Shown here: piece by piece, positions 24,545 to 37,164 of the stretch
How the letters are laid out: every line of letters starts with the position of its first letter
How positions within the stretch are numbered: position 1 is the first letter of the stretch
From: Amoebophrya sp. A120
Lineage: Eukaryota; Protista; Dinoflagellata
NCBI GenBank assembly: GCA_905178155.1
Contig: CAJINV010000005.1
Span: forward strand, 8,596,019 to 8,660,018
Length of the DNA stretch: 64,000 bases
Direction: 5' to 3'
Made by a program: the position numbers and the translations under genes
The notes under the pieces: model-generated
The model's input: the letters and a program-made list of their open reading frames with translations, nothing else
Told to the model about the DNA's origin: nothing
Database searches by the model: none

Positions 24545-27500
24545 ATGTCGATACGTGCCTCTTATCCTGTGCAAAAGTTTCGTACTCGTATAAATGCATT
24601 ACAAATTTCCTCAGCATGAGAAAGAAAATTTGTAATGCAGATTTGCCTTGGAAACAAGATTTGTAATGCTAAACTGGCATTTGTACGATACTTTTGCACA
24701 GGATACCTCTGGGCCGCCGTCCTCCGCGGTCGTAAAAGCCCGGGAAATATCAACTGCAGAAGTGTCTGGGTCTGGAAAGACGGAACTTGTTATGCGCATC
24801 TCGCAACACAAACAAAAATCTCTCATGCATAGACAGCAAGAGTTGCCCATTTTTTTCACCGGAATAATAGGCGATTCGTCATGCGGGTTAGGCAATGCCG
24901 CAGCTTCTCAAAACCTGTGATGCTAGACCTTGCTTGCCAGACCTTCCGGGTCATGGAAAAACAGCATGAGAAAAATCTGCATCCTTCCAGACCCAGACAC
25001 ATTTGCATTTGATAGGAAATCGAGTCTGAGGACGAGATATTATCCTGTGCAAAAGTAGCGCACTCGTACTAATTGGAGGCATGCATGACAAATTTCCTTT
25101 CCAAGGTAAAACAGCATGACAAAATCAATTTTTCGAAGACTACCACTTGTAATGCAATTTATACTAGTACGAATATGATGCTAATGCTTTTGCAATTCAT
25201 AGATACAACGAATCTACAACTGGATGGACGACATCGAGCTTTCGCGCCCGAGGAAAAACATCGCCCGAGACTTCGCCGACGGGCTTCTTGTTGCGGAAGT
25301 TGTTTCACAGTATTTCCCGCGACTAGTCGAGCTTCACAACTACAGCAGCGCCCATTCCCACGCCCTATCAAAGGTAAAAATGTCTGGGTCTGGAAGATTC
25401 CGGGATTTGTGATGCATATTTTGTATGATCCATGACGCATGCAATGCATGATCTAGCATCACAGATTTTTAGAGGGCTTCCTGATGCCTATTGCGCATAA
25501 GAAATGCCCTCTCCGTGCAACACAAACTGGATCCCTGTTGCTGGTCACGCAATGCAGATTTTTTTGGAATCCAAAGACAGCGTGACAAGTTGCAATTTTC
25601 CAGACCCAGACATTTTTGCAATCCATACGCCCAGAAGTCTTACAACTGGAATACCCTGAACAAGAAAGTTTTGCTATTACAATGAAAAATGCCCCCTCCC
25701 CATCAAAACGGAAATCTGTGATGCAATTTTGTGGTCACAAGTCAGCTTTGTGATGCTAGAAGGCAAAAGATCCGGACTGTAGTGCTGTCTAGCGTGGGAA
25801 AGCCTTGCAGCTCCAGGATGACAGGAGGCAACTGGAAGTGGGAAACAGCATGACAGATTGCCTGCAATTTAGGCCGCAACTTCGTCTCTTGGCCTTCTAG
25901 CAATACAAGCCCCCGATTTGTGTACTCAAATACAGCATCACAAATTCGCGCATCTTCCGTTTCCGATATGGGGTGGGGGGATTTTTCCTTTCGATATTTG
26001 CGAAAGCTCGGCTTTCAGTTACACCCCGGAGACATCGACGATGTGATCAAAGCCGTGCCCGGGGCGATAGAAAAGGTTTCTATATTTTTGTGTTTTTATT
26101 CTAAAATGAAGAATTTGATGTCCCTGGCAACATTTCGGACGATCGTGCCAGAAGATTTTCTTCTGCTGCCAGGATGATCGTGTAGCTCATGCTTGCTGTT
26201 GTACCGTTCAGAATGAGATCTTGATCCTATAATTCATGGTGCTGATCGACTACATGAACATGAGTGGAGGGGTACTAGAAAATGAAAACGTAAACATCAT
26301 CACAAAATAAAAATGCAGGTGCTCGTCCTCTTGCAACACTACATATCAAATGCAAAAATGTCTGGGTCTGGAAACTTGTGATGCAAGTCAGGGAAAAATG
26401 CGCATAAGTATAGTAATGCACTGCAAAGCATGACAAGTTTTTCCTTGGTTCAGAGTTGCGTACTCCGCATGAGAAACTGCGTTTCTGCATGACAGGCAAT
26501 AGAAGCCCTTTGCGGTCGCGCAATACAGAGCTCAGAGTCATGCCGGACTAGCATGACAAATCCCGGAATTTTCCAGACCCAGACATTTTTGCATTTGATA
26601 CTACATGGCACGGTACAAAAGAAGAGCTGAGGAGGGGAAGGACCAAAGTGTCATCGAGGCGGAAGAAAATCGTGCGCCGTCGAGCTCTATCCTACGCAGA
26701 AGTATCGTACTCGTAGTGATTGCAGCCATGCATGACAAATTTATTTCTCAAGTTAGACCCGCATATACAAATTTCATTTCTCATGCTTCGGAAACTTGTC
26801 ATGCAATAGAAATAGTTTCTACTAGTACAACGATACTTTTGCACAGGATAAGCTCAAGTAGCCGGCCAGTGTCCGCGAGAAGGAGCAGCAGCACGACGAC
26901 GCCAGCAGCTGCTATGGGAGTGTCAGGATTGAAATCGTCAAGGTTAAAATTATAGTTTGTCATGCATAAAATGCAGCCCACGAAGTGCCTGTCTTGCAAA
27001 AGTAGGCAAGGGGTGCAGATTGTAAGCCTGTTGAGGGGTAGAAACTGAGCTGCTACAAACATTAGCATGACAAAAGGCGTCTTCCTTACCCAAACAGCAT
27101 GACAAAATGGATTTCGGTTCTACCCAAATTTGTTATGCGCCACTTGGAAACTGGGTCAGTCACAACTTTCATCCATTTTATGCATCACAAGTTATTTCAA
27201 CTTTGTCGATTTCAATCCTGACACATCCATAGCAGCTGTAGGAGTGCCCAGCACGACCACGAGTGGAGGGGTCATGAAGTCCGATGTCGCAGCTCCAGGT
27301 GGATCCGCAGCTGCGATATGGCAGCGTCAGGATTGAAATCGTCAAAATTGAAATTAGTTTGTCATGCATAAAATGCAATGCAGAAAGTGCTTGCCTTGTA
27401 GAGTAGGCAAGGGAGGCAGATTGTAAGCCTGTTCCGAGGCGGTAGAAATAGAGCTGCTATTAAAGTAGCATGACTACATCAAAAGGCGCCTTCCTTATCC

Positions 27501-28050
27501 AAACAGCATGACTACAAACTGGATTTCAGCTCTACTCAAATTTCTCATGCGCCGCTTAGAAATTGGGCTTACAACTGGTATCGATTTTATGCATTACAAG
27601 TTATTTCAACTTTGTCGATTTCAACTCTGACACATCCATATGCGATGGGGCGAAATAAGGGGTCGATGAATAAGCTCCATCCGCAGGAGCAGCAGCAAAT
27701 GGTGAATCAGCAGAACGAAGAATCTATCCTGTGCAAAAGTATCGTACTCGTATAAATGCAAATCTTGCATTACAAATTTTTTTCTTAAGGTAAATCCGCA
27801 TGACAAATTTTATTTCTCATGCTGAGGAAATTTGTAATGCATTTATACGAGTGCGATACTTTTGCAGTTCATAGAATCCGCCCTGACAATACAGGAACTG
27901 CGGGAGACCATACTCCTCATGAGCGAGAAAATCAAAAAGCTGGAGCAACTGGCTCGGATAAAGGACGCCAAGATCGACAATTTGCAGCAGAAATTGTCGC
28001 AGACTGCGGGGGGAGGCGGGGTGGGTGGGTCGTCGCTTCTTGCCAGATGA
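24545..28050 (+). CDS. SPEF1: sperm flagellar protein 1 / CLAMP homologue (N-terminal calponin-homology domain, C-terminal coiled coil), 281 aa, 12 exons
   Basis: Spliced: MSIRASGPPSSAVVKAREIESEDEIQRIYNWMDDIELSRPRKNIARDFADGLLVAEVVSQYFPRLVELHNYSSAHSHAQKSYNWNTLNKKVLRKLGFQLHPGDIDDVIKAVPGAIEKVLVLLQHYM...IQELRETILLMSEKIKKLEQLARIKDAKIDNLQQKL...LLAR*. Ten introners plus GT-AG intron 26076-26318; exon total 846 nt. Confidence 0.93.
24563..24705. mobile_element. introner family B (SPEF1 intron 1)
   Basis: TATCCTGTGCAAAAGT TIR; repeat CCTCT/CCTCT. Confidence 0.92.
24748..25014. mobile_element. introner family A (SPEF1 intron 2)
   Basis: TAT...ATA TIR; repeat GGAAA/GGAAA. Confidence 0.92.
25041..25201. 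mobile_element. introner family B (SPEF1 intron 3)
   Basis: TAT...ATA TIR; repeat GATAT/GATAC. Confidence 0.9.
25366..25627. mobile_element. introner family A, inside the CH domain
   Basis: Repeat CGCCC/CGCCC; removal restores HSHAQKSYNW. Confidence 0.93.
25675..25996. mobile_element. introner family D, inside the CH domain
   Basis: Repeat TTTGC/TTTGC; removal restores KKVLRKLGF. Confidence 0.92.
26344..26600. mobile_element. introner family A
   Basis: Perfect TIR TATCAAATGCAAAAATGTCTGGGTCTGGAAA; repeat CTACA/CTACA. Confidence 0.94.
26688..26850. mobile_element. introner family B
   Basis: Repeat AGCTC/AGCTC. Confidence 0.9.
26913..27231. mobile_element. introner family C
   Basis: Repeat GCTGC/GCAGC. 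Confidence 0.9.
27317..27640. mobile_element. introner family C
   Basis: Repeat TGCGA/TGCGA; near reverse complement of 55138-55455. Confidence 0.9.
27725..27873. mobile_element. introner family B
   Basis: Repeat GAATC/GAATC. Confidence 0.92.
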
Positions 28051-29396
28051 GATCTTACAACTTTTACATCAAAAACGGTAAGAACAGGAGGGCCTGTAGA
28101 TGAAAAATTCGACTCTTCATATTTATCCCGACCTAGTAGAACTGCTAGTTGTACCGCGTCACTCTCATTTCCACATGATGTCTTTTTTTTTCAAGATAGA
28201 AGCAAAGGCAAAGCTCCTTCTGCACCTGCAGGATGACCTACAACTTCCATATTATTGACCACCTTTGTTATTGAACAGTAGCAGAGCAGAAACAAAGACG
28301 AAACCATTTCAGCAGAGCAGAAAGACTAAGGCCAGCACTCTGACTGTGCGAGGCAGAATTATTAATAGAGCCTCGTACAACCCCCTCTACGTGCCGCACG
28401 GTGGAGGTCGACGCCGCACAGAAATTATGATTTATTATACAAGCAGAAACAGAACAGACGCCGACGTGGACGTCGTCGTACAAATAGGTTTTTTTGAATA
28501 CAAGCGCTGTGGTAGTAATTAAAATTATCTGGTGGTAACCCAAAGAAGCCAAAACCTAATCCTAAAGTACACTTGACCTCCACAACTGGGATCATTGTTG
28601 GCGGGGCCACGCCGCCTCAATTGGTACTACTAAGTGAAAAAACACACTGTAGTACTTTTTACGCAAAGTACATCATGTCGATGTGCAGCTACGACGTCGC
28701 ACTAGGAGATCAAATTGGTAGTGGCTGGACCTGGAGCCGCACTTGAAATAAAAATGTGTACTCACTGCTGTAAGGAGTCGGTTGAAAATTAAAGGTCATG
28801 CGCAGGCGCAGTTCAGGCGCAGGAACAACCAGGATCAAAATTAATCACAAATGCTGTCAGTGTTGAAACGATCATCACACTATACACGACCCGCGTCGGT
28901 TTGAAAAATTGCGTTTGTGCTGTCACCCGCCGTCTTGTCGGGTTGATGAGTTTTTACGGTACAATCGAAGAGCGTGAAAATGAAAATAAATCCAACCCCG
29001 AGAGGTCCGATCCGTCCAATCAAAAAGATCAATGGAGGACTGTGCAAAGTCGGAAAGATCAATGGCACTGGAAAGATCATGGCACTGGAAAAGTGGAAAG
29101 ATCAATGGACCACGAGGACGCTCAGATAGATCAGTCAGAAGCTTTGTCGTGACACGACCCTTTCCAGCCAAGCACAGGTACTATTTTGAAAACATCTAGT
29201 AGTCATCTACTACAGACGAATTTACACATAACTTTACGCTCCTCTTCACTAGCACAAAACGTATCGCCATCGGCCTGCTCCTGTAGTAGTACAACTCACC
29301 GTAATAAAAGCTGTTTGTAGTACGACGTAAGTTTTCAGAAAATCATACTTGCACCTTTATTTTTGCTCGTTCCATTTGAAAGGAAAAAGCATCAAA

Positions 29397-30578
29397 TATC
29401 GTAAGAAAAAGTGTTGACGTTACGGTTTTCAGTTTTCTGGAAAAAGAAATTTTTGTGGGTACTGAGCACCACCATTTTAATTTTTTTTTTTCTCGCCGCC
29501 GCGCAGCCTCCCTATTTGCCCTTGCGGGGCTCTGAAGTGGTAAAACTCTGGGCGAAGAAGCTAGTGCACAAGATGCGAAAACTATGGGGCCCGGCCACAA
29601 GATTGCGCCCCTTCAAACTCTGAGATGGCTGCCCAATCCCTGTTCGGGCTCAAGGGCCATGATGGCTCTAGGCCGGCGGGCCAGGTCCGCGGCACTGCTG
29701 ACAAGACCCGCCCGCCAAAGCGTCGCAACGATCGGCGCCGGGGATGGGCCTGCTTGGATGGCGGAATATGGATCATACCGTGCTGTCTGGATATGATGTT
29801 GACGGTTTTTCCGAGTATGGGAAAAATCCGAGGAAAAAATCCACAATTTGACGCCATTTCGAGGCGAAAAATTGCAAATCCCGAAAGAACCGTCAACACC
29901 TTATCTAGACAGCATGGTATGATCCATTTCCCTTCACTCGAACAGGTGCAAGCACGGGAGCACACTTTTTGGGCAGACAAATCGAGCATAGCGTGCTGTC
30001 TAAAAGGGGTGTTGACGGTTTTTGGGGTCATTTTCATACAGAGCAGCAGGCTTTCGGCAGGGTGAATCGATCATACCGTCGTGCCTAGCGAAGGTGTTGA
30101 CGGTTTTTCGGGTGCCGGCAAATTTTGGGCATTTTGGTACCCAAAATTTGCCCATTTCCCTCATCCTCGAAAGTGCCACCTTTTCTTCAATCATGGAGAA
30201 AATTTGACAAGAGGTCCCAAAAGGTCCGTGATAGAAACTTGCAAAGCCGCACAGAGCTGAACTGGCGGAAACGCCATCCAGATGCCAGCTCGTAGGCCCA
30301 CATGTCCGAGGTTTAGCCACGGCTCGCGGTTTGGGCGTTCTGGCCCGGATCTGAGAGCCGGCGGCGAGGAGAAGGCACGGCAGGAGGTGGTCCCGGTCGG
30401 CGAAGTCCTACGCCGTTATACTTTGTGCACTAGCTAGGTCAAACCAAGTGAACGACTTCGCAGTCCCGCGAGGGCTAATAAGGGGAACGGGCCGCCTTAC
30501 AAATCAAAAACATGCCTCCGATACACGCCCAAAAAAAATTTTTTACAACAAACTGAAAACCGTAACGTCAACACTTTT
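29397..30578. mobile_element. 1.2-kb TIR element with introner-type TAT left end
   Basis: TATCGTAAGAAAAAGTGTTGACGTTACGGTTTTCAGTTT / AAACTGAAAACCGTAACGTCAACACTTTT; flanked by a 45-bp duplication (29352-29396 = 30579-30623); internal TGTTGACGGTTTTT repeats. Confidence 0.8.
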
Positions 30579-30905
30579 CACCTTTATTTTTGCTCGTTCC
30601 ATTTGAAAGGAAAAAGCATCAAAATGTTGCGCAGCTCCATGGTCCTCTTCTCCACCTCCCGCGGAGGTGCAGTGTTTATTTCTCTACTTTGCGCTGTTTT
30701 AATATTCGCCGGGCAACATTACAACAAATCCGTCCACGCTGTCACGTTGCGTCCGTCCTCTGCCCCCTCGTCGTCGGGTTCAGAAGATCCTGACCTTCCG
30801 CTCGAGTACGAGTTCGTCGAAGACGATGATCAGCTCCAGGCGCTCCGGCGCCAATTCCCCGGCTACGTGTTCGTGGAACAGGATGTGGACGAGGGCATCT
30901 ATATA

Positions 30906-32021
30906 TTGTCAGAAATGGCCATCTTTTGGTAATCACGCAACACAGATTTTTGCATGATCCAGACTAAGCATGACAAGTTGCATTCCTCCAGACCCAGACA
31001 CTTTTACATTTCATAGAGGTCCTACAACACCAAGCACAGCCGCGTCAGCTGTGTATCAAAAGGAAAAATCCCCCCACCCCATATCGAAATGGAAATCTGT
31101 GATGCGGGATTTGTGTACACAAATCGGCTTTGTATTGCAGGAAGGCATCGCGGCCAGATCCCCTGGCTATGTAGGGGCGTATCGGTCTAGTTGTTCGGCA
31201 TGGCAAACGGCTCCCCTTTAGGCCCAACAGCATGACAAATCGCCTCCATAATGGGGGCGAAGCTTTTGCCCTTGTCTTCTTGCAAGACAGATGTGATTTT
31301 TTGTGACCTCAAATCAGCAACACAAATTTGCGGAACATGCCTTTTCGATATGGGGAGGGGGGATTTTTCCTCACCATACTGCGTAGTAGTATTTTTGCGA
31401 ACTCCATTACCTTCTCTGTGGCTGTCATCGCACTGCTCTACGGAAGTGTCAGGATCTTCGAAATCGACAAAGTTCGAGTTGAAATTTTAATCTGTGACGC
31501 ATAAGATGCCACGCAGAGAAGTAAGTAGAAGTGCGACCCTATGTATTGCAGACAGTACATGTACGAGGGGGGCAACCGCTTCGAGTCCCGCTGAGGGGCA
31601 GGAGTTGGACAGCTGACTAGCATGACAGAATGGAGCTCCTTTGCCTTAAACAGCATGACAGATTTGCTTCCGGGGCGGGGAAAGTTTATATGTCTTGCGC
31701 CGACCACCACTATGTATAAAGTGAAAACGAGAAAAATTGGTGCTGTCGATTTTACGCATGACAAATCAACTTTGTCGATTTCGGTCCTGGCGCTTCTATA
31801 ATATGCTCCTGCTCTCAGATTGTTCCACGACGACTAATCCCACGGCTACCCTTGCGTGGGCCCTGACCCACAAAATAACTTCTAGTCCGCGGGCTGGATC
31901 ACCACTTGTCGCCGACGGGCCAAATGCTGGTCGCCGCGCCGCCCGGATACCGGGCACCTTATGCAATACAAATTTCCCGTACATGTACAACATGCATCAC
32001 AAATTTCAAAAATTTGGAGCG
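30906..32021 (+). repeat. near-identical copy of 52698-53810 (exons plus introners)
   Basis: Identical ORF translations at 30970/52762 and 31251/53043; only a few differences seen. Confidence 0.95.
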
Positions 32022-32043
32022 ATCACAAAGTTCAAAAATTTGG

Positions 32044-32930
32044 GTCGATACAACTTTTGCCTCTCCTCGTCATAGCCTACTCCTGACCACGATCGGGCTG
32101 GAAATGGGGCCAGCAAGCGAGCAGGCCCCCACAGAGACGACCTTTGCCGACCGCTGGACCGTGTATACAATCGCGCCGCGACCGGAGAAGAAGGAAGGAG
32201 TGTCTTCAACCACGAGGCCCGGAGTCGTGAATGCGCCCAGCAGAAACGATCTCGCACCGCCACTACAGTCCAGCGGACAGGAGGATCCCGCTATCGGTGT
32301 AGCAACCGCAGCGAGAGTGGCGCAAGCGGTGGGCCGCGACGATGCTGGACCGGCGGCATCGGCTGCGGAGGTTTTCGCGACCCCCTCCTCATCGTCACAA
32401 ATGCCAACGTTGCCTTCGCACCACGGACCGATGGGGTAGAGAGCGTCGTGATGGAACCGAGAAAGACGAAAATCATGACTTTTTTGAGAATAAGGGCTTG
32501 AAAATCAAAATATTACGTTTTGCGACTGAACCTTCCGGTATTGGTATCGGTTACGTTGAGCACATTTTTGAACCAGAACCATAATTGCTCATCTGGCAGT
32601 GCTACTGCTGCTTGTCTTCCTTCATGCTCAAAAGCAACTTTCATAATTCTGCGAAAATTGCAGCCCTGCGTCTTGTGCTACCAGTTTTGGTCACCACCTC
32701 TTTTGCGGTTTGCAAACAAATGCGAAATAGAGAATAAAGATCGACATCGAATGAATGGAAGTAGTTTTTGTTTGGAATAGTTTCAACCAAATATTTCGAT
32801 TACCAACTCCTGTTTGCCCACACGAGAAGAGAAATTCTATCCGACGAAAATGACATGAACGAAGGAGAATTCATGCCTGGTAAGAGAAAATCCAAAACGA
32901 ATAGTGCCAACTATCACGATTGCATCGAAG
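32044..32930 (+). repeat. diverged copy of 61948-62821 (last exon and 3' region)
   Basis: GLEMGPASEQAP...HHGPMG* and the downstream sequence are shared, with substitutions and indels. Confidence 0.92.
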
Positions 32931-32953
32931 AAAAGGACACAAAATGGAACGCG

Positions 32954-33157
32954 TATCCCCGTAAAGCCCCCAACTGATTTGGAAGCATGCTGCTTTTTTG
33001 TTTTTCGTTTTCTGTTGCGGGAAACGCATGACAAATTCGCAGATCGCTTTTTGTTGCGCATGACAAGTTCGAAGCTTGCCGTCTGTTGCGGGGGATGCAT
33101 AGCCACAGGCGCAAGTCTGAATCTCATACATAAACAAGAGGAATCTTTACGGGGATA
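32954..33157. mobile_element. introner (TATCCCCGTAAAG TIR)
   Basis: Perfect 13-bp TIR TATCCCCGTAAAG/CTTTACGGGGATA; internal GCATGACAAA motifs. Confidence 0.75.
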
Positions 33158-34415
33158 CGCCTGGAGGCAACGCATCTTCTGCAAGTCCGCAAATTCGGCA
33201 CTGAAGAGCATGATTTGGTTGCCACGGTCCATCCCGCGGATGCGCTCCATTTTCGAGTTCACCGGGAAGTGGCACGTGCGCCGGCACGTTTCGCTGTGTG
33301 TGTTTCAGTTTCTTGCTTTGGATCGTTGGGTCTCACATCAGTTGCACTCGCACAGAGCGACGACAGGAATTTAGTTCCCTGCGGCGCCAACCAGATAAAC
33401 GGGCGGAGCAAGAAGGGGCAAAATAAATATTAGGACTTGGGGGCTCAGTCAATGTGCAACCATGGGCCGAGTGTTCAGGTACATGTTGCAAAAACATTTA
33501 TCAATTTTGCAAGTCTGCTACTGTTGCTACTAGTCACGACATAAGACTGACAGTCTGCGAAGCTGTGCAACGACAACGCGTCGAGTGCGGAACTGCTGCT
33601 GCTGCTGTCTTCGACCCATGGTTGCGAGACGATACCTTTTTAGTTTCCTCGACCTTGTTGAGCTTCCGGCTGATCTGGTCGCAGTACTGGTTGATCGCGG
33701 AGGTGATTCTCTATCAAATGAAAAAAGAAAAACCACTGCAGCCATTAATCACTCACAACACAGCTTGGCTTCGGTTCCTATTGTTCTCAATTTACTATTG
33801 CCATAAAGTGGGAAACAAAACCTAAGAGGAACCGAAACAAAATTGAGCTGCGGATGATGACGGACAGGGGTTATTTCTCATTGGCATATGATTTTCAGAT
33901 GGCTCAATCCCAAGGCCTCGACTTCGGGGACTGCGTCGTCCGGTTTGCCGCCATTCAGGCGGACACGCTCCCCGATGTTGTGGACCTGCTTGTCGTTGTA
34001 GGCATCCGGCTTGAAATTCAACTTCTTCAGCAGCTGCACCTTGAAGGCGTCGACCGTCATGACGATCAGCTGTGGGTTTTGTGCACCGGAGCCGCCGTTG
34101 TCGAAGTAGACCATCAGATGAAAAATTCACATCGCCATCAGTTTCAATTTGAATTTGTCATGCGCGACAACTGCTGCAAAAGCTCCCGTCAACAATTCGC
34201 AATAGAAGCTGAGGACCCGGCTACGTGTTCGTGGAACAGGATGTGGACGAGGGCATCCTTATAGACAAAACCGAACCTACAAAGGAGTCTACCCTAGCGC
34301 AGGAGAAGCTGGAACAACTCCGTGACGACATTGCCAAAGCATCGCGACCGATTCCATTGACGCTAGAACAACTCCGTCAACGCATTCCCGAAGAATCGGA
34401 GACGCTGAGAAAACT

Positions 34416-34780
34416 TATCCTGAGGAAAAAAGTCCCCGACACGACCCCAGAGCTTATTTCGTGCGGATTTGCATCTACAGGAGTTACCAATGTGTAAATC
34501 TCCATTTCGCGTCTACTTCACGAGCAGAGGCGTGTCTACAGTTGTGGTCTTTCCGCAGTGGAAATCAGTTTCGATGCTGTAAAAGAAATTACAACTTATT
34601 TATTAGGAGATGGCTTTCTGATCCGCGGCTGCGGCTCTCCTTTAGGTCCTCGATAAAGAATTTGCACGACAACACTTTTCGAGAACGTTGCTCGACTCCG
34701 TCCAAACAACTTCTGGATTTGTGTTGCAGAGTTTCCGCTTGGACTATGGGCACTAGTTGGGGACGTTTTCCCGCAGGATA
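34416..34780. mobile_element. introner with family E ends
   Basis: TATCCTGAGGAAAAAAGTCCCC...GGGGACGTTTTCCCGCAGGATA; flanking repeat decayed. Confidence 0.65.
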
Positions 34781-37164
34781 GCTCTACGTGAGAAGTTATG
34801 AAAAGGACACCATGCGGATGTGGTCTGTTGGTGACGAGCAGCTATTATTTGTTTTTGTGCTCAAGAACAGTAGATATTATCGTCGAACCTAGAGGAGGTG
34901 GAGCGCCAGGTGCTGACTTGTCATGTCAGACTCAGAAGGGTTCTCTTCTTTTTGATAAATATGTATGACTCTCTTGCCGACTCCGACAAGAATTGTTTTA
35001 TATATTTTCCGCGTTAACTGCAATTGTGTCTGGATCTGGAAGGATCCAAGCTTATGCTTCTAAGTTTGAATCGTACAAAAAGAAAAACCTGGAATGCATG
35101 AAGTTGAAGCGCAGAAGTTGATACCCGCTTCGTTTTAATTTGTTGCGCGCATTTGAATTTATTGCGCGTGGACACTGCACAAGCTTAATCGAAACTGCTG
35201 AGAGGCCCAGGCCGATGCGCGCCGCAGTATTGAGTACTGGCGACGTCAGAAGTACTTTAAATGCTCTCAGAAAACTTTAAGGAGCAGTAGCCCGAACTTC
35301 TGGGGCTGCAAAATTATACCTTTGCAGCTGCAAAGGTATAATATAACTTTGCAGGGGCCACAAGAGTTACTGCGCAGGATCACGCTTAGAAGCCGCACAA
35401 ATCGCCACATCCTACTTGAGTGCTTCGCCTCCATAAAACTATGCTCACGCACTGGAGAGGGTTTTAGAGACTGAACGGAAACCGATTGGACAGGAAGAAT
35501 CGTGCGCCGTGCGCTCCTGCCGCCCACAAGGTACCTAATTTATTCTCAATCTATGTAACGAATTCCAGACATCACATTCTAGGCGTCACAAGTAGGACTA
35601 GGTCGCGCAGCATCAGCGCGGACCTCGTGAGGGCCGGAATGGGTTAACCACCTCTGTGGCCCCATTTTTGTACACAGAATTCCGACAACCGTCGGAATTT
35701 GCCCGTGACCGATGCCCAAGCGGACGGTCAGCGAGAGCAGGTGGGGAGGGGCCTAACCTCCCGCGACTGCCACGCGCGCGCGCGTTAAGGTCACGTACCG
35801 ATATGGCGAAGCTGATGACGCTGGTCGCTAATGCAGGTGCGTCCTGGGCGACTGGAGCGCGGGTCGTACGACCCGAATTTGGACGAAAGTCCACCGAGGT
35901 GGACCATCCCGTGTGCCGACCCATACCGGTAGGCACCGTCTGTGCCACTGGTTCAGCCGGAACCCCTGCTGGTTGATGCACCTCTGTGCGCACTCTGGCA
36001 GGCTAGTAAGGATCTAGGATGTGAGGCTGTGAACGGGGTGCGCTTTGCATGCTTTGATCTGCTTATGCCAAGGAGCAACTCCGTCCATTACACACTTAGA
36101 AGAACCGCGTGCATTTATGAGGATGATTAATTTGACACCACACCGGCCGAGCATAGTTGCAGCCACCTCTGTGGCGCGTTGACTAGCTAGGAACTGCGCG
36201 GCCTAGGTGCATACGACAGCGGGGTCCGATCTATGTCCTCGGTGGTGCGGCGCAATGCGACGAGACAGGACAGCCGGAGGGCCACCCTGTAGACGCGACA
36301 AAGCCGGCGGGATACGCGTGGCGGATGAGGAGCCACAGGGCGGCGATTTCGGATGGGGGTTTGGGCCACGCGATCTCGGACTTGTTGCAGCCTCTGTTGC
36401 ACCCGGCGCGGCGACCTCTCGTCGCAGCGCTGGAGCACGGTTCGACCCACGTCTGTGGGCGGACAAGTGCGACGCCCGCAGCCACCTCTGTGGCGCGGAC
36501 GTCGCGGCGCGGTCCCTGCTGCGCGCCTCGCTGCTGTATCTAGTAGTACACAAGACGCTGCGAAGCAGCGCAGACACGCCTTTACTGATACAGAGCCGGA
36601 GTTCAGCACTACTGTGAAGGGTGTGACCTTTTGACGAGAACATACAAAGTAAAGCTGGCAGCCGTCGAGGGGCGCCAGCGTTCTGGGGATTTGGGAAGAA
36701 GTTTGTGTTCGCGCCAAGATATAGCGAATTCTACCCAAATTACGTCATGGATCAGGTACCACCAGGGCGGACTTGGATAAACTTTGGAAGGAGATTCAAA
36801 ACCAGCAAAAATTCGTCGAAGAACTGCTCAAGGAGCAGAAGGTGGCGGAACAGCTGAGGCGGCAAAAAGAATACAATTCGAACGTGTTGAGGCAGCGGCA
36901 AGAAGATTTCGCAGTGCAAAAGCATCGTATATTAGATTCGAGATTCGTACTAGACCACTACAACATTGGTCACGCAGTATATTTTTTTAGACAAAAAATT
37001 GGAATTTGTCATGCTGAGGACGTTGTGCTATTTTTATTTCGCAAAAAAACAGCAGATGATCTTCATCAACATGATATGCTGTATCTGTCATGCTACACTT
37101 ACTGCGATTTTTGGTGCGACGACTCTTACTTGTGCGGTACTTTTGTACAGGATGAAAAGCGGGA

